Origin: Nitrospirota bacterium
GTDB lineage: Bacteria; Nitrospirota; Thermodesulfovibrionia; Thermodesulfovibrionales; Dissulfurispiraceae
Assembly (NCBI GenBank): GCA_963790025.1
Contig: CAWBMP010000002.1
Span: forward strand, 544,001-608,000
Reading direction: 5' to 3'
DNA: 64,000 nt
The notes beneath the pieces are model-generated. The model searched no databases, was not told the origin of the DNA, and saw only the letters and a program-made list of their open reading frames with translations. Below, piece after piece: positions 20,258 to 29,783 of the stretch. A program made the translations under genes and the position numbers. Within the stretch, counting starts at the first letter, position 1. Every line of letters begins with the position of its first letter.

Positions 20258-21364
20258 TCACTGTTTAAAAAACTCTCGCAGCGCCTTTATCACCGATTGA
20301 CAGGCGGTTTCTGCCAGGTGGGGTCCCAGCGGCAGGCTGAGTCCGGTCTCGCAGGCCCTCTCGGCATGGGGCAGACTTCCCCGGCCCAGTCCCAACCACC
20401 GGTAGGCCGGCATCAGATGGATTGGGACAGGATAATGCATCCCGGTCCCGATGCCGTGCTCTCCCAAATGCCGGGCCAGATAATCCCTCAAAGGATGTCG
20501 CACCACAAACAAGTGGTGGCAAGGCGATTCCTCATCCCGCCACCGCGGCAACCAGAGATTTTCCAATCCCCCAAGCCCGTCGATGTAATGCATAGCTCTC
20601 TTACGCCGCTGCCGGTTCCAGTCATCGAGCCTTTTCAGCTTGATTCGCAGCACCGCTGCCTGGATAGCGTCCATCCTCTCAGTAGAGCCGACGAATCGGT
20701 GATCAAACGGTTTTAACGCCCCGTGGTTCCTGAGCATCAGCAACTTCTCGCTGAGTTCCTCATCATCCGTTACCAGTGCGCCTGCATCACCGCATGCCCC
20801 TAGGTTTTTCCCTGGATAAAAACTGAAAGCTGCGGCATGACCAAAGGTCCCCGCCTTCTTTTCGTTGATCAGGGCACCGTGCGCCTGGCAGGCGTCCTCC
20901 AACAGCTTGATTCCGTGGGCATCTGCCAGACGCCTCCATCTATCAAGGTCCATGCAATGACCAAACAGATGCACGGGCATGAGCGCCCTCGTCCTGGTTG
21001 TGATAGCCTGTTCGGCCGCTTCGAAGCCGGCATGGATACCATCCGGCTCGATATCTATCAACACGGGTTTTGCGCCCGTCAAAGCCACGGCCTCTGCCGT
21101 AGCTACAAATGTATTTGCAGGGAGGACAACCTCGTCCCCAGGCCCGATGCCCCAGGCCCGCAGACAGTAATGCTCTGCCGCCGTGCCGCTGCTCACCGCA
21201 ACACAAAAGCGCCTCCCGACATACGCTGCGAACTCTTTTTCGAAGCTCTCGACTTCGTGTCCTCCGGTAAACCTTCCCGTTGAGAAGATACCGGCGAGAA
21301 GCGGCTCTGCCTCACCACGAATTTCCGCCCACTGCGGACCAAGATCAAGAAATGGGACCTTCAT
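20258..21364 (-). CDS. DegT/DnrJ/EryC1/StrS sugar aminotransferase (WbpE/WlbC-like)
   Basis: VPFLDL, SSGT.A, PVHLFG, EDACQAHGA, FSFYPGKNLGACGDAG (PLP lysine), HYPVPIH. Confidence 0.92.
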   Translation of the reverse strand: MKVPFLDLGPQWAEIRGEAEPLLAGIFSTGRFTGGHEVESFEKEFAAYVGRRFCVAVSSGTAAEHYCLRAWGIGPGDEVVLPANTFVATAEAVALTGAKPVLIDIEPDGIHAGFEAAEQAITTRTRALMPVHLFGHCMDLDRWRRLADAHGIKLLEDACQAHGALINEKKAGTFGHAAAFSFYPGKNLGACGDAGALVTDDEELSEKLLMLRNHGALKPFDHRFVGSTERMDAIQAAVLRIKLKRLDDWNRQRRKRAMHYIDGLGGLENLWLPRWRDEESPCHHLFVVRHPLRDYLARHLGEHGIGTGMHYPVPIHLMPAYRWLGLGRGSLPHAERACETGLSLPLGPHLAETACQSVIKALREFFKQ

Positions 21365-21858
21365 CCGGCATCCTCCTTGAGTAACAGCCTTGCTGGATTT
21401 CCCGCAAATACCGCGCCGGGCGGGACATCTCTTGTCACCACGCTTCCAGCGCCAATCGTAGCGCCTTTCCCAATAACTACCCCGCTAAGAATTGTAGCGC
21501 TGGTACCAATGGACACCTCATCCTCTATACGCGTGGGAACGCACACCCAATCATTGTCCGTCTGAAGGGTCCCATCCCGGTTAATTGCTTTGGGATACTT
21601 GTCATTAATAAATGAAACATTATGGCCTACAAAAACACCGTTTCCGATTTCAACGCCCTCACAGATAAAAGAATGGCTGGAGATTTTGCAATCCGATCCG
21701 ATCCGGCAATTTTTTTGCAGTTCAACAAATGAACCTATTTTCGTCCGGTCACCGATTTCGCAGTCATATGCATTCACGAATTCATAGAATTTCACGTCAC
21801 TTCCAACTTTCACATTCCTGAGGCAGCGCCTCGGGGAATCTTCATTGACTATCTTCAT
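21361..21858 (-). CDS. Hexapeptide N-acetyltransferase (WbpD/WlbB-like)
   Basis: CKISSHSFICEGV, FINDKYP, IGAGSVVTRDVP, AGNPAR. Confidence 0.88.
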   Translation of the reverse strand: MKIVNEDSPRRCLRNVKVGSDVKFYEFVNAYDCEIGDRTKIGSFVELQKNCRIGSDCKISSHSFICEGVEIGNGVFVGHNVSFINDKYPKAINRDGTLQTDNDWVCVPTRIEDEVSIGTSATILSGVVIGKGATIGAGSVVTRDVPPGAVFAGNPARLLLKEDAG

Positions 21859-21860
21859 TA

Positions 21861-22874
21861 TTATAACAATACCTCTTTACCGGAGCTCTTGATGCTTTGT
21901 TCGGCGGCCTCCAGAATTCTTACAACTCTCAGGCCGGAATCGCTGCCGCTGATCGGCCTTTCCTGTCCGCGCACAACGTTGGCAAAATGCGTCACTTCCC
22001 GGCTCAATGCCTCTACGTTCTCTATGTGCGGAGCAAACATGTCTCCCATACGATATTGCACGAGGGTCTTGTAGATGCCCTCCCGCTCCTCAACCACATC
22101 CACACCCTTGTCATAGACCTTGATCTTCTCAACCGTTTCCATATCGTCGAACACAATCATTTTCTTCGTTCCCCCGATCAGGGTTGTCCTGATTTTAACC
22201 GGCGCCAGCCAATTCACATGAAAATGGGCAATAGTGCCGTTTCCGAACCGCAAAGTGAGGTACGCGATGTTCTCCAGCCCGTCGGAATAATGGGCCACAC
22301 CAGTCACCTGGACGCTCAACGGCCTGGCATCCAGCACATAATCCATTATTGAAAGATCATGCGGGGCTAGGTCCCATACAACGTTGACGTCATGCTGGAA
22401 CAAGCCAAGGTTCACGCGGACCGAATCCCAGTAAAGGATCTCTCCCAGGCTCCCCGACGCTACAATTTCCTTAAGTTTGGTCACGGCACCCGTATAATTG
22501 AAGGTATGGTCCACCATTAAAACCAGCCCCCGCTTGTCCGCAAGTTCGATCAGGGTCTCGGCCTGCGCCACGGTACGCGTCATCGGTTTTTCCAGCAGTA
22601 CATGTTTGCCGTTTTCAAGACATGCCTTTGCAAGCTCAAAATGTGTATCAACCGGGGTTGCTATGGCAACAGCCCCTACTGCGTCATCTTTCAGGATGTC
22701 CGCAAGTTCCTGGGTCTGCCTCGCCGCCGGATACAGCGCGCCGATTTTTGCAAGTCTCGCGGCAGCGCGATCACACAAATGAGATAATTGGGTCGCATTG
22801 CATGCTGCAACATTTCTCGCCAGATTCGGCCCCCAATAGCCCAAGCCGACGACTGCCATTTTCAATGGTTCCAT
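21861..22874 (-). CDS. Gfo/Idh/MocA-family sugar dehydrogenase (WbpB/WlbA-like)
   Basis: VVGLGYWGPN, HVLLEKP, MVDHTF, WDLAPHD. Adjacent to the acetyltransferase and aminotransferase. Confidence 0.88.
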   Translation of the reverse strand: MEPLKMAVVGLGYWGPNLARNVAACNATQLSHLCDRAAARLAKIGALYPAARQTQELADILKDDAVGAVAIATPVDTHFELAKACLENGKHVLLEKPMTRTVAQAETLIELADKRGLVLMVDHTFNYTGAVTKLKEIVASGSLGEILYWDSVRVNLGLFQHDVNVVWDLAPHDLSIMDYVLDARPLSVQVTGVAHYSDGLENIAYLTLRFGNGTIAHFHVNWLAPVKIRTTLIGGTKKMIVFDDMETVEKIKVYDKGVDVVEEREGIYKTLVQYRMGDMFAPHIENVEALSREVTHFANVVRGQERPISGSDSGLRVVRILEAAEQSIKSSGKEVLL

Positions 22875-22898
22875 GTGTTTCTATGACCACCTTTATTT

Positions 22899-25745
22899 TT
22901 ATTTATAGAATCGGGCAAAGAGTTTATTATACTCATTCCTTTCATGATCGTTAAGTTTTTCAGGGTCCATCATTTCCATTGTAGCCCTTCTGACGTTCTG
23001 TCCCATCCTTCTTGAGTATTCCTCATCCGACAAAAATCTTTCCGCAGCCCTGGCCATGGACTTCCAGTCTCCATATTCAACCAGTTCCCCGGTCTCGCCG
23101 CTCTTTATCAGCTCAGGCTGCCAGTCGACATTATATGCCACTATAGGAACGCCGCCAAGGGCGGCCTCGGTCAAAGCACGGCCCGTATGAGGAGACAGCG
23201 CAACCGAAGCTTTGGGGATTACCCTTGCAAGCCATTCCTGGTCCCTGTTGCCCACAAATGCGACATCCCCTGAGATACCCAGTTTGGCAGCCGTCTGCTC
23301 AAGTTCTTTCCTCATCCTTCCATCGCCCGCAATAAGACACGCGATCTCATTGCCCCGTTTCTTCAGTTCGGAAAGAACAAACAGCACATGATCAGGCCGC
23401 TTCACGGCTTCCAGTCTTCCTATGTATATGGCGAACTTCCTGCCCGACAACTTAAAGCGTGCAAGCAGCTCTTCGGCGTCAGGACGCTCGGCCGGGTCCT
23501 TGTAATGCGCAGAGTGTATCAGGTTTCCATAGCGAAACACTGTAGAACATTCCTTCCTTGCACCGTTTTTCAGGGCAAAGTTAAGATTGTTCTGATTGGC
23601 CCCGGCAACCAGATCGGCGCGGGGAAGAGTGACCTTTTCAATTATCTTTTCTATCCATCTTTTACGGAAAAGCCTCGGCATGGCAACTCTTCCCGTAGCC
23701 TTATAGATATCGTCATAATTGCCCCCAATTCTTATAACAAAAGGAATCCCGAATGCCCTCGAAAGAGCGAGACCGAGCAATCCCAGATAGTAAGGCTCGC
23801 CGGCCCGGACCATCGAAATATGCTCTCCGGCGATCAGGCGGGAGAGGTAAAGATACAGGGACCATTGGGCAAGGGCAAAATTAAGAGCAGGCAGTTTCCG
23901 TAGTGAATCATATCTTCCTACCTTGCCTTCCACTATTGTATGTCTTTCAGCCAATGGCGTGCTGACCGGTTTACCATAGGTATCAGCCTCGTTCGCCGGG
24001 GGTATCACTGTGGCCAGGGGATGCACTGACCAGACATGCTCGAAATACCCTTCCAGGTCGCGGCAGGTGATGGATTCGTGCAACTGTCTCTTGCGAATTG
24101 CCTCAAGCGTATACGCCATATCCAGGATGAGCAGGCGTTTTCCTTTGAGGAGACCCTGTTTTTTTTGAAAAACAGCCTTCATCGCAACATAGACTAACAA
24201 GGAGGACAACGCCACCGCTGCGGCAATAGTATCAGCTGTCGCAGTCAATACTTTGGAAAGGGACAGTGAATTATAATAAGTCCCGATCACTTTTTTGATT
24301 CTTTCTATCGACAATACGACTAAATCACTCGTTATCACTTTCAGATAGCTCAACTTCTTTCTGCTCTTTAATACGGCTTTCCAATATGCCGGATTGAGGG
24401 TATAATCTATGATGCTCCGAAACCTGTTTGCCTTGATTGTGGCCCTGATTCTCAGACTCGTCAGGTTCATGCGATGGCTGGCCATGTAAAAACGGGGATC
24501 AACCACCTTAAAGAAAAGATTATCAGCGTTATAGATTTTATAATCCTCCTTTGTCAAAGGAGGGTTCACATAGTTCCTGTAAATGGCCGTTCCCGGAAAA
24601 GGCACGGTCAGGCATATAGCTACCCTGGTGGGACGTATTCGCCCCATCATCTGCAAAGTCTTTTTCGCATCTTCAGCCGTCTCTCCAGGCGTATTGAACA
24701 TGAAATTGGCATATGTCCTCAGGTTATACTTTCTGCATAAATCGAAACACTTCACTATCTGATCTTCGGTAATGCCCTTTTTCATCCTCCTGAGCGCTTC
24801 ATCGGAGCCTGATTCCACGCCAAAATCCACCTGTATGCAATTTGCCCCGCTTATCAAGCGTGCCATTTCCTCATCGAGTATGTTGACCCTTGTCTCCATT
24901 GCCCAGATCAAATCTATCTTCCTGCTTTTGAGGCCCTCCACAAATTCAACAACCCTGGGCTTCTTGATCATGAATGTATCATCCAATATGTAGAACGAGT
25001 CTATGTTGTATTTGTCCCTCAAACCCTCGATCTCATCCAGGACCTTTGATATCGGCCTGTATTTGACCTTTCTGTTCCTGTTGGCGCAAAAGGTGCACGA
25101 AAAAGGACATCCGATAGTTGTAAATATATGAATGCCGGACACAATCAGGTTTCTTATAATTCCCATATGGGGCTTTGCATAGTAGTTCATGTCCAGTTGT
25201 GAATAATCAGGATTCGGCAGAGTGTCCCAATCATTGAAGCTCGAACTCCCTTGTACTAACAGCCCGCCTTCTTTCGACCGCATTACAACGCCTTCCACAC
25301 CCCCCAGTCCCTGCCCGGCGTCCAGCCGTCTGATGATTTCAACCAACGGATATTGTCCGTCCCCTGCGACTGCAATGTCTACAGGACTCCCTTCAAAAAA
25401 GAAATCCTCAGGCTTGATGCTTACATGCAGGCCGCCGATTATGATAGGACAGTCATGGTTCTTCTTTATTGTCCTGCACAAGCTGATCACATCCCAGAAC
25501 TCCGGTGTATAGCACGGGAGACCTATATACCGCGGCCGCAATATTTTGACCTGTTCGATAATCTTGCGGGCAACCGCATCCATCTGCTTTCTCGTCGCGG
25601 CTATGCCGGGCCGTCCGGTCTTTATATCGACAATCTTGCATGCAATATTCTCATGTGTAAGCCAGGCGTGCAGATACAGCAAACCAACCGGGACCGTTGC
25701 TGAAGCGCTCCTGCTAGGTGGTGATACAAGGCATATATCGGTCAT
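22899..25745 (-). CDS. Fusion: cobalamin-binding radical SAM enzyme (N-terminal) + GT4 glycosyltransferase (C-terminal), 948 aa
   Basis: The N-half has a B12-binding domain (PVGLLYL, IIGGLH), GCPFSCTFC, DDTF, FGVESGS and TPGET. A hydrophobic linker follows. The C-half has YIGRLE..K, AGDG, EAALGGVPIVA and GETGELV. The reading frame is continuous. Confidence 0.85.
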   Translation of the reverse strand: MTDICLVSPPSRSASATVPVGLLYLHAWLTHENIACKIVDIKTGRPGIAATRKQMDAVARKIIEQVKILRPRYIGLPCYTPEFWDVISLCRTIKKNHDCPIIIGGLHVSIKPEDFFFEGSPVDIAVAGDGQYPLVEIIRRLDAGQGLGGVEGVVMRSKEGGLLVQGSSSFNDWDTLPNPDYSQLDMNYYAKPHMGIIRNLIVSGIHIFTTIGCPFSCTFCANRNRKVKYRPISKVLDEIEGLRDKYNIDSFYILDDTFMIKKPRVVEFVEGLKSRKIDLIWAMETRVNILDEEMARLISGANCIQVDFGVESGSDEALRRMKKGITEDQIVKCFDLCRKYNLRTYANFMFNTPGETAEDAKKTLQMMGRIRPTRVAICLTVPFPGTAIYRNYVNPPLTKEDYKIYNADNLFFKVVDPRFYMASHRMNLTSLRIRATIKANRFRSIIDYTLNPAYWKAVLKSRKKLSYLKVITSDLVVLSIERIKKVIGTYYNSLSLSKVLTATADTIAAAVALSSLLVYVAMKAVFQKKQGLLKGKRLLILDMAYTLEAIRKRQLHESITCRDLEGYFEHVWSVHPLATVIPPANEADTYGKPVSTPLAERHTIVEGKVGRYDSLRKLPALNFALAQWSLYLYLSRLIAGEHISMVRAGEPYYLGLLGLALSRAFGIPFVIRIGGNYDDIYKATGRVAMPRLFRKRWIEKIIEKVTLPRADLVAGANQNNLNFALKNGARKECSTVFRYGNLIHSAHYKDPAERPDAEELLARFKLSGRKFAIYIGRLEAVKRPDHVLFVLSELKKRGNEIACLIAGDGRMRKELEQTAAKLGISGDVAFVGNRDQEWLARVIPKASVALSPHTGRALTEAALGGVPIVAYNVDWQPELIKSGETGELVEYGDWKSMARAAERFLSDEEYSRRMGQNVRRATMEMMDPEKLNDHERNEYNKLFARFYK

Positions 25746-25787
25746 TTCTCTCCTCTGTGAAAAAGAATAAAAATAAACATTTTTGGC

Positions 25788-26786
25788 TTATGCCGACACA
25801 TCTCCCCTGCCGACAATAACAGGTTCATTAATAATAACTTCAACATTATTCATTTGCGCATCCCTGAACCACTTTCTTACAGTATCAATGGTCTGCGGCT
25901 GATCATGGGCCGGCGAGAGCATATCGAAGGTATCGAGGACGGCCCACTCCTTAAACATCTTTTCATCAGGCAGATCGAATATCCCCCTGTAATCGGCAAT
26001 GAGCAGCTTGAAAACCAATCTTTTACCGAGGAAAGGGATTTTCCCCAAAAAAGTAGCCAGCGGCCACATCGACTCCACATATTTCTCACACAATTTGTAA
26101 AGCCTCTCAGCCTGAATGTTCCTGGTGAAAGGTCGCACCCAGTATTTTGTGTTCAGTAGTTGCCTGAAAAAACCTCTTTTAATGTAAACATCTATGACCA
26201 TGTTACCGCCCGGTTTTAGATACCTGGGCAATACAAAAAAAGCTTTTTCAACGTCAGGAGTATGCTGCAACACCCCAAAACAGAACAGCTTGTCAAAAAA
26301 TTTTTCCCTGAACGGCATGTTATATAAATCAGCCTGAACAATAATCACATTGTCCCTGCCGCCATTGGCAGCGTAATTCGCATCGACAGCATAACTGTAA
26401 TCGAGAGAAAGGACCATGGCTCCGGTTAAAGCCGCATGTTCGGTAAACCTCCCCGAACCGCATCCTGCCTCCAGTATTATCTCGCCTCGCAAATCGGTCT
26501 TCCAATGGGACTCCTCAAAAAATCGTGACCTCGAAATGTCGGCCCCGCTATAAGCGTCATATTGGGTCCTCGAATGTTTGGTCCATTGCAGGCCAAAGCT
26601 GCTGGCGTAGTTTTCAATGGGAACAAAGCGCGGTATATTCCGTATAATCTTATAATCTGCTCCGCATTTCCCGCATCCGAGAGTTCCGGTTGTAATCGAT
26701 GTTTCGTTTTCTTCGGTTACATTAGTTATCCCGAGTTGCTCTTTGCAGGCAGGGCAGACAAGATACTGGAGATGCGCTTTTCTCAT
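25788..26786 (-). CDS. Class I methyltransferase with N-terminal Trm112-like Zn-finger
   Basis: LVCPAC...CGKC..YKIIRNIPRF, then SFGLQW, LEAGCGSGRF, GVLQHTP, LKPGG. Start at 26786 (ATGA overlap). Confidence 0.82.
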   Translation of the reverse strand: MRKAHLQYLVCPACKEQLGITNVTEENETSITTGTLGCGKCGADYKIIRNIPRFVPIENYASSFGLQWTKHSRTQYDAYSGADISRSRFFEESHWKTDLRGEIILEAGCGSGRFTEHAALTGAMVLSLDYSYAVDANYAANGGRDNVIIVQADLYNMPFREKFFDKLFCFGVLQHTPDVEKAFFVLPRYLKPGGNMVIDVYIKRGFFRQLLNTKYWVRPFTRNIQAERLYKLCEKYVESMWPLATFLGKIPFLGKRLVFKLLIADYRGIFDLPDEKMFKEWAVLDTFDMLSPAHDQPQTIDTVRKWFRDAQMNNVEVIINEPVIVGRGDVSA

Positions 26787-27793
26787 TTGACTTCTCTTCC
26801 CAGCCAACTCCGCAATTGAGTCCTTCTTATAAGAGAATCAAAGAGATCTTTATCCACCGGTTTGATATTGATATTGTCCAGGAAACCTTCTTCTACAGAC
26901 TTCCTTATTATCTCGGGGCATGTTCCCTTGTTAATAAATGTGACAGACCGGGCAATAATCTTTGACATAATAATCCTGATATTATAACAAACTACAATCC
27001 ACGAAAGACACAATTTCGTACTCGTCTTCATCGGTGACCTGAGAATTCTGCGGATATGACTTTTTGCAAGGATAAAAAAAGGCAGATAATATTTAGGTTT
27101 CCTTTTCCCGGGGAAAATATTCCGGTAATCCTCGTCTATGGTATTCCATTTCAGCCTGCTGAAGTAGGCGAACATAATTTCAGGGACCTGCCTGAAGCTG
27201 CCGTATAAGGCAAGTTCCTGGACAAATGCCTGATCGGTCGCCAAATGCTTTTCAAACAACAGCGTCTTTCTTACGGCTTCGAGCCTCATCAAACCATAAA
27301 CCGCCACCTGGGGGAATGTTCTCAAAACCATTTTATAACGTTCGACCGGATCATTAATCCCATCGATTGTTTCAAGAGTGGCCGTACAAAGTGTGTTTGC
27401 ATAGCCCTCGCACCTTAATTCGGTATGAGAGTGACATAGCACGGCAGCGGGATCGGCTTCCAGCACTTCAACGCATTTCCTGACATAAGCCGGCGCCCGC
27501 CTGTCATCGTGCGCGGCCCACATGAAATACTTGCCGGAAGAAAGCTCAACAACACGATTGAAATTCCAGAAGCTGCCCCGATTTTCCGGGGACCGGCTAT
27601 ACTTCACCCTCGGGTCCCTGCGGACGTATTCAGCGCAAATCTCCGGTGTCTCATCCGTTGAAGCATTGTCCGATACGACTATCTCAAGATTGGGATAGTC
27701 CTGCTCACGCAGGGAATCCAGGGCGCGGGCAAGTCCTTTTTCCCCGTTGTAGACAGGTACACCTATGCTGACTAATGGCATGGTATCGCTCAT
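26783..27793 (-). CDS. GT2 glycosyltransferase
   Basis: PLVSIGVPVYNG, SDNASTD, YFMWAAHDD. Confidence 0.9.
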   Translation of the reverse strand: MSDTMPLVSIGVPVYNGEKGLARALDSLREQDYPNLEIVVSDNASTDETPEICAEYVRRDPRVKYSRSPENRGSFWNFNRVVELSSGKYFMWAAHDDRRAPAYVRKCVEVLEADPAAVLCHSHTELRCEGYANTLCTATLETIDGINDPVERYKMVLRTFPQVAVYGLMRLEAVRKTLLFEKHLATDQAFVQELALYGSFRQVPEIMFAYFSRLKWNTIDEDYRNIFPGKRKPKYYLPFFILAKSHIRRILRSPMKTSTKLCLSWIVVCYNIRIIMSKIIARSVTFINKGTCPEIIRKSVEEGFLDNINIKPVDKDLFDSLIRRTQLRSWLGREVK

Positions 27794-27801
27794 TTACCCT
27801 C

Positions 27802-28533
27802 TCATGCCCCCTCCACTTTCTTCTTCATTCCCGGCCGACCCTTGGATGCCCTGAAATATATATTCGGGCTAACGATGGGTTCGCCCAGGCGTCCGAGGAC
27901 ATACCGCATAAGGGCCCTCAGAAAAAATCTGGCCCCTTTTCTGCTCCAGTCCGGAAAACTGCGGACAATAACCGATATGTCTCCGAAGCCGGCAGATTCC
28001 ATCAATGCCCTCATACTCTGTTTATCAAAAGACTGTATGTGTCCAAACCTGTGGAATGTATTCTTGCAACAAGGGCAAAAAACTGTGCCGCTGCGCAAAT
28101 CTTCCCTGAATGGAACAGTGCCGATAAAAAGGCCGCCGGGTTTAAGTACGCGAAAAACCTCCGGAAGGGTTTGGTTCAGATCATCGTCGTTCAGGTGCTC
28201 CAGCACCTCCGTCATAATGACCCCGTCGAAGACATCGCTTTCAAAGGGTATGGATTGACTATGTCCGACACAAGCCCTGTCCCCTATGGGGATCCGTTGT
28301 TTCAGGTTGTCCACCGTTTTTGGGGAAGGATCGAGCGCGTAGACATTAATGCCCCGCTGATACATCTTTTCCTCCATGTGGCCACTTCCGATTCCTATAT
28401 TCAGAACTGACCGGGACTTTTCAAAACGCGTGGCCAGATAGTCGAGACGCGGATAACTTAGTTCGAATGTCGTCCACTCCGAGTCGTTCTGGAAATGGTC
28501 CCAAATGCAGTCCTGAGCATCCTGCTTCTTCAT
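27802..28533 (-). CDS. Class I SAM-dependent methyltransferase with CxxC...HxxxH motif
   Basis: VLNIGIGSG, FDGVIMTEVLEH, RVLKPGG, CPCC..FHRFGH. Confidence 0.85.
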   Translation of the reverse strand: MKKQDAQDCIWDHFQNDSEWTTFELSYPRLDYLATRFEKSRSVLNIGIGSGHMEEKMYQRGINVYALDPSPKTVDNLKQRIPIGDRACVGHSQSIPFESDVFDGVIMTEVLEHLNDDDLNQTLPEVFRVLKPGGLFIGTVPFREDLRSGTVFCPCCKNTFHRFGHIQSFDKQSMRALMESAGFGDISVIVRSFPDWSRKGARFFLRALMRYVLGRLGEPIVSPNIYFRASKGRPGMKKKVEGA

Positions 28534-29783
28534 CTGCGCTCCGGTATCCTCAATATCTTCCTCAAAATATCTTTTATCGTCTTATGCCTGCCCAGCCAAA
28601 CCGCGGCTATATACCGAAGATATATACGGACGCTGGGATAATCGATTTTACGGTATTTCAGAAACAGGCAGAGTTCTTCAAGAAAATTCCTGTATTTTCC
28701 CGCAAGTAAAAAAAGTCCCATATAATGAAACCTGAAGCTCGAGTAACCCCTGACAAAACATTTGTCCACATAAAGGGCCGGGTCCTTTCTCCTGTATTTG
28801 TGCAGTGTCCCGAATATTCTTCCGAAAGCTGTTTCGGCGTCATAATCCCTCAGCGCCCGCTCATGCCCTCTCCTGGCAATTTCCTCTCTCTCTTCTTCAT
28901 TCTCCAGGTAATACTTTATTTTATCCTTAAGCTCTTCCTGCGTGTGAAACACGTCGATCTCTTTGCCTATCTCGAACATTTCCTCTATTCCGGGCGCGTA
29001 TTCGCTCAACACAAATCCACCGCATAAAGCCACTTCAATGGGCCTTCCCTTGCACCCCTTTATCCTGTTATTGATATGAAGGCCAAAAGGCGCGGACCCC
29101 TGGTCCGTTCCTGTAAAGTTGAGGTTTATCCTGCTTTCGCTGAATATTTCCAGCATTCTGGCAAAACTGACGTGGCCGTTCGGGGCGTCTGCCCCATAGG
29201 CCTCGATACTTATGTTGTTCTCCATCAGATAGTCGACATGTTTTCTTCTCGTTCTGTTTATAAAATTGCCGACAAATGAAACGTCTATGGTTTTTCGTGT
29301 AACGCCGGGGGCTGCATAAAGTTTTTTGCTGAATAGAGAGAAAGTGCACAGGGTATTGATATTTAAAAGTTCATATGCGTATTTAGGCAGATAGTTCGGC
29401 AGCAGCACCAGATCGGCAAGCTGGGCATAATACCTGTCAACCGATTCGAAATAATATTCCGTATCGAAAAAATTCATGACTATACTGGACGATTTGGACA
29501 ACTTTTCCAGGAAATGAATATCGAAAGTAAGGTCGCTGGACCAGAGTATAAAGAAAATATAATTGACCCTGTTCTCAATGACCATGGCCTCAATAGTCTT
29601 CTCAAACTCCTTCTTTCCCTTCTGCACATATAAATCCCAATAATCTACAAAACAATAATTATCGCTGTTTGCTTTTATGCCGTTGCAATAAATTTCCAGT
29701 ATAGCATTGAAATCTGCAAAATGAGATATTGCCATTACATTCCGATTAGTTACCTGCAGATATTCACTATGTTCTTTCATCAA
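28530..29783 (-). CDS. CgeB-like glycosyltransferase (Glyco_trans_1_2-type C-terminus)
   Basis: DVSFVG, SRINLNF, KGRPIEVALCGGFVLSE, F..GKEI, KIKYYL..EEERE.IA..G. Confidence 0.8.
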   Translation of the reverse strand: MMKEHSEYLQVTNRNVMAISHFADFNAILEIYCNGIKANSDNYCFVDYWDLYVQKGKKEFEKTIEAMVIENRVNYIFFILWSSDLTFDIHFLEKLSKSSSIVMNFFDTEYYFESVDRYYAQLADLVLLPNYLPKYAYELLNINTLCTFSLFSKKLYAAPGVTRKTIDVSFVGNFINRTRRKHVDYLMENNISIEAYGADAPNGHVSFARMLEIFSESRINLNFTGTDQGSAPFGLHINNRIKGCKGRPIEVALCGGFVLSEYAPGIEEMFEIGKEIDVFHTQEELKDKIKYYLENEEEREEIARRGHERALRDYDAETAFGRIFGTLHKYRRKDPALYVDKCFVRGYSSFRFHYMGLFLLAGKYRNFLEELCLFLKYRKIDYPSVRIYLRYIAAVWLGRHKTIKDILRKILRIPERR

